Below are positions 1 through 11,835 of a stretch of DNA of 64,000 nt, one piece after another (the stretch's first letter is position 1; each line of letters opens with the position of its first letter). The position numbers and the translations under genes were made by a program. Location of the stretch: NCBI GenBank assembly GCA_038087875.1, contig CM075996.1, positions 1,800,001-1,864,000 on the forward strand. The letters are read 5' to 3'. The DNA is from Malacoraja senta. Lineage: Eukaryota. The notes below the pieces were generated by a model. The model ran no database searches and was not told where the DNA came from. It saw only the letters and a program-made list of their open reading frames with translations.

Positions 1-3000
1 CCGGTGTCGGGAGAACCCTCTCAGCGGCTTGGGACACCTGGAACGGCCGCTTCCTTACCGGAGACCGAGGCTTCCGAAGCCAACACTCCAATGCTCCACC
101 ACTGGCGGTCTCGGCGAGAGATCCCAGGCTCCCGTTGTTAAAGTTCAACCCGCAGACGCACAGGTTTATAGGTGAATTGGCTTGGTATAATTATATAATT
201 CTCCCTCACGTGGGTAGGATGGTGCAAGCGCGGGGATCGCTGGTCGGCACGGACTCAAGCCTGTTCCCGTGCTGTATCTCTAAAACTAAAAACTAAAATT
301 TGCTGGTGAAAAATCATGACAACAATTCTGTGTGTAATTGCAACCTGTCTTCTTTTGGCTGCTTTGTGATTCTAGGTAATTTCCAAGCTAATTTTAAAAT
401 TAAGATTTGCTGTATTTGCTCCTGTTGCTATTTAATGGGAAGCATCTTCAGGCCTTGTATAAAATTAAGCATTGATGTCTTGTGCGTTCCATGTTTTAGC
501 GATCGGGAATATCCTCCGACTCTTCAAGACATCATTTACACCCAATATCTTTCTGCCTGGAGGAGGTAGTTGATGCAGGTACAATGACAACATTGAACAA
601 AACACTTGGACAGGCACAGAGATAGGAAAAGGTTACAGGGATGAGCGACAAACACAAGCAAATGACAATAGACAATAGGTGCAGGAGCAGGCCATTCGGA
701 CTGGCTTGGACAGAGAATCTTGGTCAGTGTAGAGGTGTTGGGCCAAAGAGCCTGTTTCCGTACTGTACGACTCCAATTCTCCAATGTTGCCAATTCTTTC
801 ATGGGAAGATGGCTATTTAATTGGGAATCAATTATTCTAGTTTATGGTTTATTGTCAGGTGTACCGAGGTACGATGAGAAGCCTTTGTTGAGTGCTAGCC
901 AGCCAGCGGAAAGACAATACGTGATTACAATCGAGCCGTTCACAGGGTGCAGATACATGATATGGTGAATAACGATTATTGCAAGGTAAAGTCCAGTAAC
1001 GTCCGAACAATGATAGTCCAAGGGTCTCCAATCAGGTAGATCGTAACGTACACAAAAATGCTGGAGAAACTCAGCGGGTGCAGCAGCATCTATGGAGCGA
1101 AGGAAATAGGCAACGTTTCGGGCCGAAACCCTTCTTCAGACTAACTCTGGACGGCTAATAAGTTGTTGGTAGGATCTGTCGGAAAGAACTGCAGATGCTG
1201 GTTTAAATCGAAGGTAGGCTCGAAGGGCCGAAGGGCCTACTCCTGCATCTATTGTCTATTGTCTGTGTGGAAATGGCCATTAGGTCATAAGGAATAGGAG
1301 TAGATTCTAGGCCATTTGGCCCTTCAAGTCTACTCCGCCATTGAATCATGGCTGATCTATCTCTCCCTCCTAACCCCATTCTCCTGCCTTCTCCCCAAAA
1401 CCTCTGACACCCGTACTAATCAAGAATTTATCTATCTCTGCCTTAAAAATATCCACTGACGGCCTCCACAGCCTTCTGTGGCGAAGAATTCCGCAGATTC
1501 ACCACCCTCTGACTAAAGAAATTTCTCCTCATCTCCTTCCTAAAATAATTCCTTTAATTCTGAGGATATGACCTCTAGTCCTAGACTCTCCCACTAGTGG
1601 AAACATCCTCTCCACATCCACTCTATCCAGGCCTGTCACTATTCTGTATGTTTCTATGAGGTTCAATGATAAGGAGAATTAAAGTGTTTAGCAAACGGGA
1701 TATCAGTTACTGTTATCTAATATCTCCATTCTTGCTCACAGCTTCCACAGAATGTTACACATCATTTGCGACTCTGCTTACCAGTTTTTCCAATTAAAAC
1801 AAACTTGTCCGACTGTTCCCATGGATAACTGGGGCTAACCTCCGTCAATGTTTAACCGCAGGGGGTGGAAGAACTAACTTAATGTGCAGAGAGACACTGT
1901 AGATGTTGGAATGTTGAGCAGAACACAAAATGCTGGAGGAACCTAGTGGGTCAGGCAGCATCTGGCGAGGGTAATATGTAGGAAGGAACTGCAGATGCTG
2001 GTTTAAACCGAAGATAGACACTAAAAGCTGGAGTAATCAATGGGTCAGGCAGCAATAGTCAACAGACAATAGACAATAGGTGCAGGAGTAGGCCATTTGG
2101 TCCTTCGAGCCAGCACTGCCATTCAATGTGATCATGGCTGATCATCCCCAATCAGTACCCCGTTCCTGCCTTCTCCCCATATCCCCTGACTCCGCTATTT
2201 TTAAGAGCCCTATCTAGCTCTCTCTTGAAAGCATCCAGAGAACCTGCCTCCACCGCCCTCTGAGGCAGAGAATTCCACAGACTCACCGCTCTCTGTGAGA
2301 AAAAGTGTTTCCTCGTCTCTGTTCTAAATGGCTTACTCCTTATTCTTAAACTGTGTGGCCCCTAGGTTCTGGATTCCCCCAACATCTGGAACATGTTTCC
2401 TGCCTCTAGCGTGTCGAAGCCCTTAACAATCTTATATGTTTCAATGAGATCGCCTCTCATCCTTCTAAACTCCAGAGTGTACAAGCCCAGCCGCTCCATT
2501 CGCTAAGTCTCTAGGCATTCTCTAAGCATCTCTGGACTGGTGTGAAGAAGGGTCTCGACCCGAAACGTCACCTATTCCTTTTCTCCAGAGATGTTGCCTG
2601 ACCCGCTGAGTTAGTTACTCCAGCTTGTTGTGTCTGACTGGGGATGGAATGTTTGGTCTGGTTTGGTTTGGTTTCGTTTGGAGATACAGCATGGAAACGG
2701 GGGGTCTTCGGCCCACCGGGTCCACGCCAACCATCGATCACCCGCCCACACTAGATCTTTGTAATCCCACTTTCCCACTCACTACACACCAGGGGCAATT
2801 AACTGACAATTGGATGTGGGAGGAAACTGGAGCACCTGGAGGAAGCCCCCGCAGTCACAAGGAGGACGTGCAAACTCCGCACAGACAGCACCCGAGGTCA
2901 GGGTCAAACCCTGTTCTCTGGGGCTGTGAGGCAGCAGCTCTACCCGCTGCGCAACCGTGCCGCTCCTAAATATCGAGTGGACAAGCGATATTTCAGGACG

Positions 3001-3444
3001 ATATTTCTGAAGAAGTGTCCCGCCTCTGTCCATCTCTCTCCACAGATGCTGCCTGGCCTGCAGGGTTTCTCCAGCACTTTGTGTTTTAGTTCAGTTTAGT
3101 TAAAGTCTGATCAAAGATAACCCGAGTGCTTCCAATTAGGTAAGAAGGAACTGCAGATGCTGGTTTAAACCAAAGATAGACACAAAAAGCTGGAGTCACT
3201 CAGCGGGTCAGACATCATCTCTGGAGAAAAGGAACAGGTGCCGTTTCGGGTCCAGACCCTTCTTTAGAAGAAGTCTACTGCTGAATTATTCCAGCCTTTG
3301 TATCTATCCTGAAGTAGGTAGTAGCTCATGACCGCTCTCTAGTTGTTGGTAAGATGGTTTAATTTCCTGATTACAGTTGGGAAGAAACTGTCCCCGAATC
3401 TGGAGGTGTGCATTTTCACACTTCCAACTATTTTCACACTACCT

Positions 3445-3895
3445 ATTGAAAGAATGGGTCGACTGGGCTTGTATTCACTGGAATTTAGAGGGATGAGAGG
3501 GGATCTTAGAGAAACATATAAAATTCTTAAGGGATTGGACAGGCTAGATGCAGGAAAAATGTTCCCCATGTTAGGGGGAGTCCAGAACCAAGGGTCACAG
3601 TTTAAGAATAAGGAGTAGGCCAGTTAGGACTGAGATGAGGAAAAACGTTTTCACCCAGAGAGTTGTGAATCTGTGGAATTCTCTGCCACAGAATGCAATG
3701 GAGGCCAATTCACTGGATGTTTTCAAGAGAGAGTTAGATTTTGCTCTTAGGGCTAACGGAATCAAGGGATATGGGGAGAAAGCAGGAACGGGGTACTGAT
3801 TTTGGATGATCAGCCATGATCATATTGAATGGTGGTGCTGGCTCGAAGGGCTGAATGGCCTACTCCTACTCCTACTTTCTATGTTTCTATGTTTG
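3445..3895 (+). mobile_element. CR1/HER1 3' fragment
   Basis: [36 protein letters not shown] plus (TTCTATGT)n tail. Confidence 0.88.
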
Positions 3896-3992
3896 TTTCT
3901 AACTCGAGTTTGGGTTGATTGTAATTATGAAATAATATGATCCAATTTGACTGGGTAGCATGTAAAACAAAGCCTTTCACTGCAGCTTGGTA

Positions 3993-4448
3993 GTAGTAGT
4001 AGGAGTAGTAGGCCCCCCTCGGTCATGACTGACCATGGGTGATGCATCCTGGTCGGATGTAAGCCCGGGCAATGTCATATAGAGGACAGGCTGTTGCCCC
4101 ACGCAGCACGTCCCCCCATCTCCACGTCGCTGATCGATCCAAAGGAACAGCAGGGCCGTTACAGTTTGGCACCAGCGCCGTGGCAGGAGCTTCCAGAGCC
4201 AGGTTGTAGACAACGACGAACTAACTGCCTTAGGGGGCTCCGACTCCGGATTCTCTTGAGGTTTACTCCTGGAGCCTTTTCCATGACTGGATATGGCCAC
4301 AAGGCAGCGCAGGTTTTAAATCAGAGTTTTCCCTCTCCTAGATGGACTGCCTTCCCAAGCTGACGAGCCCCATCTACCCGAGACTCGTGGGGGCGGGAGC
4401 GTCTACCTTCCCGTTCAGGTCTACAGCACCTGCCCACTGCCCAGACAC
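3993..4448 (-). mobile_element. 456-bp RTE-related non-autonomous element with (TAC)n tail and 7-bp TSD
   Basis: TSD CTTGGTA at 3986-3992 and 4449-4455. Minus strand contains GGCAGTCCATCTAGGAGAGGGAAAACTCTGATTTAAAACC, resembling the RTE/BovB 5' UTR motif. Confidence 0.7.
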
Positions 4449-4919
4449 CTTGGTACACGTGACAATAATAAACATTACAATGATAACCAAGATGCCCCAT
4501 CTAAGCTAGTCCCATTTGCCCATGTTTGACCAATATCCCTCTAAACATTTCCTATCCTGCCCAGGTATATTTTAAATGCTGTTATAGTCCCAGCCTCAAC
4601 TACCTCCTCTGGCAGCTCGTTCCATACACCCACCACCCTTTGTGTGAAAAGTTGTCCATCAGGTTCTTACTGAATCAGTTGCCTCTCTTCTTAAAGCTAT
4701 GCCTTTTAGTTCTATATTCCCTTACCCTGGGAAAAATAGTCCATTCCTCTCATGGTATCTTATACATCTATAAGATCACTCCTCATCCTCCTGCGCTCTA
4801 AGGAATAAATTCTGAGCGTGCCCAACCTCTCCCTATAGCTCAGGCCCCTCGAGTCCTGGCAACATCCTCGTAAATCTTCTCTGCACACATTCCAGCTCGA
4901 TGACATTTTCATTGTGTAC

Positions 4920-5145
4920 ATAGACAGAAAAAGCTGGTGTAACTCAGCGGGAAAGGCAGCATCTCTGGAGAGAAGGAACGGGTGACGTTTCGGGTCGAGA
5001 CCTTTCTTCAGAAAGTGTCTGAAGAAGGGTCTCGACCCGAAACGTCACCCATTCCTTCTCTCCAGAGATGCTGCCTGTCCCGCTGAGTTACTCCAGCATT
5101 TTGTGTCTGTCTTTGGATGAAACCAGCGTCTGCAGTCCCTTCCTG
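4920..5145. mobile_element. Palindromic Penelope-derived element with hammerhead-like cores on both strands
   Basis: Arms of about 90 bp invert around 5010-5018. CTGAAGAAGGGTCTCGACCCGAAACGTC on plus (5019-5046) and a near-identical copy on minus (4984-5011). Similar fold-backs at about 12285-12470, 24025-24220, 25667-25965, 40328-40495 and 45470-45670. Confidence 0.8.
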
Positions 5146-5504
5146 CATTCTCCAGTCTGCAGAATGTACACAGATGCACAAATGTATCTACAGTTCTGAG
5201 GAAGGTTCAGTAGTTATGTAAAATCTACTGCATCAAATTATTTATACCGGCAGGGCTGAGCAGATTGTCCAATTACCAGACATTGAGAGGGAGGCAGCGA
5301 TACAGAGTGGGGTTGGGATGGGGAGCAGACACCAGCCCCGACCTCAACAGTCATTACAGGGGTGCTTCACAGAGGCCACCAGGCCAGCCAGGTACCCACA
5401 GGTTGCGCGGAGTGTTGGCAATGGGTTACAGGTGTCCCCATCCTTCACAACAGGCTGCCCAGAGCAAGGTACACACCCTGCAGACTGCACTCACAACTCA
5501 CCCG

Positions 5505-6010
5505 CCACTGCACACACACATCAGAGCACACACATACACACACATACGGATTCAAATACACACATATACACATGCACACACACAGATACATGCACACAGA
5601 TACATGCGCACGCACATACACACGCACACACAGATACACATGCAGATACATGCACACGCAGATACACGCACATGCAGATACACGCACACACAGATACATG
5701 CGCACGCACATACACAAATACACACGCACACACATGCAGATACACGCACACGCAGATACACGCACACACAGATACATGCGCACGCACATACACAGATACA
5801 CATGCACAGATACACGCACATACACAGATACACACGCAGATACACGCACATGCAGATACATGCACATGCAGATACACGCACACGCAGATACACGCACACG
5901 CACATACACACGCACAGATACACGCACACACACAAACAGATACACACATATACACACGTTCACACACAGATACATTCACACACACACGGACATTCCACAC
6001 CACACACAAT
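5505..6010. repeat. Compound (CA)n / CAGATACA-type minisatellite
   Basis: Direct inspection. Similar CA/GT tracts at 20030-20915, 56100-56830, 58890-59050 and 59990-60310. Confidence 0.95.
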
Positions 6011-6876
6011 CCTCTACTCTCTCTCCTTTGCATTGCTTCCCTCATCACCTCTCTCCTTCTCTCCCTTTCTCTGTCCTTCCTCTTTCTCTCTCTTTCTCTT
6101 TGCTCTTTCCCCCGGAGTAGTTATTCTTAGCTCCCCGTTCCCCTCAGACCCCGTGTGTGTGTGTGTGTGTGTACGTATTTGTGTGTGTGTGTGTACGTGT
6201 GTGTGATGCACACATGTGTGTGTGTGCGTGTGTGTGTATGCACACATTTATGTGTGTGTGTGAGAGAGATCATTTATCTCAATGTGCTGCTGCCTTTTCA
6301 TGTCTCTCTGCGCCCTCTGACTGCCACTCGCAGCCTCCCTCGGGTATCGCTTTGCAGCGGGTTCTCGTCAGCAGGCGGGTGTGTGTGTGTCTGTGTGTGT
6401 GTCTGTGTGTGATTAACCCCCTCTCCCAACGCGTCTCTCTCCCTTTCTCCGCTCTCCCTGCACGCCTGCCTCCCCCAGAGCCCGCCCGCCCCAGTGATCA
6501 ACCTCCCTCTCCTCTCCCCCTCTTCTCTTCCCCTACCCTCTCCTCCTCTTCTCTTCCCCTACCCTCTCCTCTCCCCCTCTTCTCGTCTTCTCCTACCCCC
6601 CCCACCCTCTCCCATGTTCTCTTCCCAGCTGCCTTCTGCAGAGGACACTATTCCACTCACTATTCCCCAACCCCTCCACCCCCCAGTGAGCTGCTGATAG
6701 AATACAAAGCGTCCCCCCTCCCCCTCCCCCCCCCACACACACATAATGTCCAACCTGAACTCGTATTAAACAAGGGGGTACGAGGCAGAGAGGGCAAGGT
6801 GGAGCCTTCAAGGATGGATGCTCCCGGGAACAACACGAGTGAATGAACACAGCAAATGGATTCTCTCTCCACTCAC

Positions 6877-6966
6877 CTTCCCGAAGCGACAGTGACTGGC
6901 TTCGCCCTCCTCGGTCCTTGTAATCTCCTCTCTCGCTGTAGATGGAGACCCTCCCTCTCTGTCTCC

Positions 6967-7004
<38 letters not shown>

Positions 7005-7170
7005 CTCGTCTGGTTCGCGTTAGTTTTGACTCCTGTACCGAGCCGCGGCTCCCATCGGCTCCGGGTGTAATCTCGGCCAAACCGACCGACCGACCGACCA
7101 CACGGTCCTCAACTCGAGTGGATGAGCGACAGAGACCCCGGGAGAGGAGACGATGATGACGTTTTCTCTC
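6877..7170 (-). other. Probable non-coding first exon / 5' UTR of an unidentified minus-strand gene
   Basis: CpG-rich unique sequence ending in a consensus donor GAAG|GTGAGT (intron starts at 6876). Contains (GA)n and (GGTC)n tracts. The 5' boundary is a guess. Confidence 0.45.
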
Positions 7171-7667
7171 TCCCTTCCTCTCTCCCTTCCTCTCTCCCTC
7201 CCTCCCTCCCTTCTCCCCTTCCTCTCTCCTTCCCTCTCTCCCTTCCTCTCTCCTTCCCCCTCTTCCTCTCTCCCTTCCTCTCTCTCCCCCCCCCTTTCCC
7301 CCCCGCAGATGGCCGCAGTCCTGTCTGCGGGAATCCAAACACAGCAGTGAAACCCGGAGCAGAAACGCAAGTGAGCGTTCTGGCGCTACCGTAATTTGAG
7401 GCAGAGATGTCTCAGCTTCAGCACCTTATAACTTGCCTTCAAAATGTTGTTTTAAGTTTCAGTTCCCCTTCTCCCCCCCCCCTCTGTTATCAGGCTTCTG
7501 AACGGCCCTTCCATAAGCTGGGGTACTGTCCGATTCACCTCTACCCCATTGCGGACATTGGACTTTGTCTGTGGAACTGATGCACTACAATGCTGAGAAC
7601 TATATCCTGCACTCTGTATCTTCCCCTTTGCTCCATCTATTGTACTGGAGTTTGACTTGATTGTATT

Positions 7668-8055
7668 TAGAAACATAGAAACATAGAAACATAGAAAATA
7701 GGTGCAGGAGTAGGCCATTCGGCCCTTCGAGCCTGCACCGCCATTCAATATGATCATGGCTGATCATCCAACTCAGTATCCCGTACCTGCCTTCTCTCCA
7801 TACCCTCTGATCCCTTTAGCCACAAGGGCCACATCTAGCTCCCTCTTAAATATAGCCAATGAACTGGCCTCGACTACCCTCTGTGGCAGAGAGTTCCACA
7901 GATTCACCACTCTCTGTGTGAAAAAAGTTCTTCTCATCTCGGTTTTAAAGGATTTCCCCCTTATCCTTAAGCTGTGACCCCTTGTCCTGGACTTCCCCAA
8001 CATCGGGAGCAATCTTCCTGCATCTAGCCTGTCCAACCCCTTAAGAATTTTGTAA
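7668..8055 (-). mobile_element. CR1/HER1 3' fragment, young subfamily
   Basis: [39 protein letters not shown] plus (ATAGAAAC)n tail. Near-identical to 18901-19380 (-) and 61643-62192 (+); close to 14247-14768 (-). Confidence 0.9.
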
Positions 8056-8079
8056 GTGATCTATAGGGGGGAAAATGAA

Positions 8080-8608
8080 CTGCAGATGCTGGTGTATACC
8101 AAAGATGGACACAGAGTGCTGGAGTAACTCAGCGGGTCAGGCAGCATCTGTGGAGAACATGGATAGGTGACGTTTCACAGAGTGCTGGAGTAACTCAGCG
8201 CCATGGGTGGAAATCCTGAGGGCGACATGGGGACCGTCCCTCCCATGTCTTGAGAGGTGGGGGACAATCCCCCCCATGTTTTGTAATCCGGATTTTGAAA
8301 TTCGGTGACAAAAAAACTATTAAAATCTCCGCTTTCCGCGTGACAATGGAGGTGTCACTGTCAGCGCTTGTTATATGTCTCTATTAACACCATATTAACA
8401 TGATGTGTCACCACTTGTGCCTTGACCTTCCAAAGTTGTCTGATGTGGGTACAATTACCATTTGAACTAATTGGATGTATTGGTGGATAGGAAAGATTTA
8501 AACGGCTATCGGATTTAATTGGTCAGGTCATTAAGGAATCCACTGGAACGGGTTTCCTGGCTGGCTTTCAGGTAAGTCCCTCACTCACATTATTTAGTAT
8601 GTTTTTCC

Positions 8609-8645
<37 letters not shown>

Positions 8646-9352
8646 CTCCAAGGTTGGTTCTTCTGTTTGCCTTTATTTGCTCCAGTTTTATTTCTTTGTA
8701 TTATTTATCACATTGTAGCTTTTGGAAGATTCAAGCGGGTATCAGACGCTTTCTAAGGGTTGAATCAGCCCATTCGTGGGGCATTTAATCGCCCGGTGTG
8801 GCTTAAAATCAAACTGCTGCATCGAGCCGCTCGAGGCTCCCGATATTGAAGCACCTGCCGGCCGATTTTAAGCCGCGCCGGGCGATGAAAGGTCTGGCGA
8901 ACGGGCAGATTCAAGCCCCACGATTCGGGGCGGACGAAGCTGCTGTTGCTGGAGTTCGGAGTCGGTCACCAACCCGATGTTACCATCCGCCCCACGATTC
9001 GGGGCGGACGAAGCTGCTGTTGCTGGAGTTCGGAGTCGGTCACCACCCGATGTTACCATCCACAGGGCCCGTGTGCGTGTGCGTGTGCGACCACCAATAA
9101 ATTGTTCCCCCCCCCCCATGTTTTGATAGCGATTTCCGCCCTGAGCGGGTCAGGCAGCATCTGTGATGGATAGGTGACGTTTCACAGAGTGCTGGTGTAA
9201 CTCAGCGGGTCAGGCAGCATCTGTGGAGAACATGGATAGGTGACGTTTCACAGAGTGCTGGTGTAAACTCAGCGGGTCAGGCAGCATCTGTGGAGAACAT
9301 GGATAGGTGACGTTTCACAGAGTGCTGGAGTAACTCCAGCGGGTCAGGCAGC
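8080..9352 (-). repeat. Second array of the same 66-bp PLE-derived unit, split by a TIR element (8202-9143)
   Basis: Reverse-complement units at 8108-8200 and 9144-9352. Confidence 0.8.
8202..9143. mobile_element. About 940-bp non-autonomous DNA transposon with imperfect TIRs
   Basis: Left end CATGGGTGGAAATC; right end reverse complement CAGGGCGGAAATC. Interrupts the host repeat ACTCAGCGGGTCAGG with duplication of AGCG. Internal 74-bp tandem duplication at 8917-9060. Confidence 0.65.
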
Positions 9353-10384
9353 AAATTTTGGAGAAAAAGGATGGGTGACGTTTTGTGTTGGGACTCTTCT
9401 TCAAAAAATGGTCTGGAAACCATCAACTTACCCAAGTGATAGAATGATGCCACATGGAAACAGGCCCTCCAAGTCTACATGGACCATTAACCACCCCTTT
9501 ACACCATTGACCAGCTGCATGGAGAACAGAGATGTGTGGTGCCCGTCGGAAACCAGCACCACTGATAGCGTCGCTGAGTTTTCATCGATGATGAATGAAT
9601 ACGCCGTGTCAATGTTAACCCACTTTTTCAGTTTAGTTTAGTTTCAAATTACTTTATTATCGTCATGTGTACCGAGGTACAGTGAAAAGCTTTTTCGTTG
9701 CGTGCTGTCCAGTCAGCGAACCATGAACGAGAACGGCCGTAGTTGAGAGGGGTAAGATTTTTATTGGTACCTGTGGGACAACTTTGTCACTCAAAAGGGT
9801 GGTGGGTACATTGGAACAAGTTGCCAGAGGAAGAGACCATAGCAACATGTCGACAGGTAGGTGGATAGGAAAGGCATAGACAGATGAGGTGAGCTGAGGC
9901 ATCATTTGCAGGCAGGTGAGAGAGGTTAACTTGGCATCATAATTGGTACGGATACTTTGGACTGAAGGGCCTGATTCATAGAAACATAGAAACATAGAAA
10001 ATAGGTGCAGGAGTAGGCCATTCGGCCCTTTGAGCCTGCACCGCCATTCAATATAATCATGGCTGATCATCCAACTCAGTATCCTGTACCTGCCTTCTTT
10101 GATGTACATTTCTATGTTCTATGATCTTGGCTGAACATGGGCAAATGGGACTAGCTTTCTTGGGGCATCTTGGTTAGCATGGACGTGTTGGGCCGAAGGG
10201 CCAGTTTCCATGCTATATGAATCTATGACTCTGGTAGGCAGTTATTCGTGGAGAAAAGTTCCTCTCCCTTTTATGAAATCATATCAATCTTGATCAGTCT
10301 TCACTGTGGCTGATGTGAACTCTGGTAGCTCCACTCTCATGTCCTCCAAACCTCTCCATCTCCATAAGACTCCACACTTCACCG

Positions 10385-10982
10385 GTCAGAGTATTGAGTA
10401 TAGAAGTTGGGAGGTCATGCTGCAGTTGTGTAAGACGCTGGTGAGGCCGCATATAGAATATTGTGTTCCGTTCTGGGCACCATGTTATAGGAAAGATGTT
10501 GTCAAGCTGGAAAGGGTTCAGAGAATATTTACGAGGATGTTGCCAGGAATAGGGGGTCTGAGCTACAAGGAGAGGTTGAGCAGGCTGTGACTCTATTCCT
10601 TGGAGCACAGGAGGATGAGGTCTTATAGAGGTGTATAAAATCATGAGAGGAATAATTCGTGTAAATGAGTCTCTTGCCCAGATTAGGTGAATTGAGGACC
10701 AGAGGATATAGGTTAAAGGTGAAGGGGAAAGATTTAATAGGAATTTGAGGAACTTGTTTACACAAAGGATGGTGGGTGTATGGAACAAGCTGCCAGAGGA
10801 GGTAGTTGAGGCTGGGCCCATCCCAACGTTTAAGAAACAGTTAGACAGGTACATGGATAGGACAAGTTTGGAGGGATATGGGCCAAACGCAAGCAGGTGG
10901 GACTGGTGTAGCTGGGACCTGTTGGCCAGTGTGGGCAAGTTGGGCTGAAGGGCCTGTTTCCACACTGTATCACTCTGTGACT
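10385..10982 (+). mobile_element. CR1 3' fragment of the subfamily sharing its tail with HE1 SINEs
   Basis: KTLVRPHIEYCVPFWAP..RKDVVKLERVQR...; ends GGGCTGAAGGGCCTGTTTCCACACTGTAT. Related copies at about 4480-4910 (-), 24575-25665 (-), 59560-59910 (-), 60918-61447 (+) and 63385-63650 (-). Confidence 0.85.
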
Positions 10983-11379
10983 TTAACCAGGGTTTGGTCC
11001 TAACTCCAAATGCCTCTGGTTCGCTGTCAAATTTGATCTGATTATAATCCCGTGAAGTGCCTTAGGACAGTATAGAGCGCTACAAACATTATATAAATGC
11101 AAATTGCTCTTGTTAAATTATCAGACTAGGGAATTTGATATGATCATGCTGACATCCCTTGCTAACATTGCACAGCTTGTATCCAACCACTGAATTGTTT
11201 TTTAAAGCAAGGGACATGAGAGGAAACACTCAAGGCTGCTGGATTATCACGGAGGGTGGACAGCCGTGCTCTCTGATCTCACAATGCAACAAGATAGTCC
11301 ATGTGTCAATTATGGCAAAAACAAGCCTTCCTCGGCTTCGAAAAGACTTCAAGAATTAATGCACTTAACAAATCGACAG

Positions 11380-11835
11380 AAGCGAATTGTGGACGCAGCC
11401 CAGACTGTCACATACAAACCATCCTCCCTTCCATCGACTCCATCTACACCTCACGCTGCCTCGGCAAGGCCAGCAGCATCATCAAGGACCAGTCTCACCC
11501 CCGGCCACTCCCTCTTCTCCCCGCTCCCATCGGGCAAGAGGTACAGAAGTGTGAAAACGAACGCACACCTCCAGATTCAGAGACAGTTTCTTCCCAGCTG
11601 TTATCAGGCAACTGAACCATCCTACCACAACCAGAGAGCAGTCCTGAACTACTATCTACCTCATTGGTGACCCTCGGACTATCCTTGATCGGACTTTGCT
11701 GGCTTTACCTTGCACTAAACGTTATTCCCTTATCATGTATCTGTACACTGTAAATGGCTCGATTGTAATCATGTATTGTCTTTCCGCAGACGGTGAGTAG
11801 CTTTCACTGTGTCTCAGTGCACGTGACAATAAAAT
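11380..11835 (+). mobile_element. Rex1/Babar-derived 3' fragment (abundant third subfamily)
   Basis: QRIVDAAQ...LPSIDSIYTSRCLGKASSIIKDQSHPGHSLFSPLPSGKRYRS and a conserved 3' UTR. Other copies at about 18285-18615 (-), 30555-30990 (-), 12135-12280 (-), 45755-46030 (-), 48171-48415 (+) and 52262-52480 (-). Confidence 0.8.

Noticed and set aside
5265..6206. Long His/Thr- or Cys/Val-rich ORFs (also at 20.0-20.9, 53.5-54.9, 56.0-56.9 and 58.5-60.4 kb)
   Set aside because: Translations of CA/GT/GA microsatellites, open in several frames; not genes.
6808..7338. 176-aa minus-strand ORF over the putative first exon
   Set aside because: Mostly low-complexity GA repeat; no recognisable domain.
9552..9572. 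RE1/NRSE-like ACCAGCACCACTGATAGCGTC; also half-site TTCAGCACC at about 7417
   Set aside because: The critical GGACAG right half is mismatched or absent; too weak without ChIP data.
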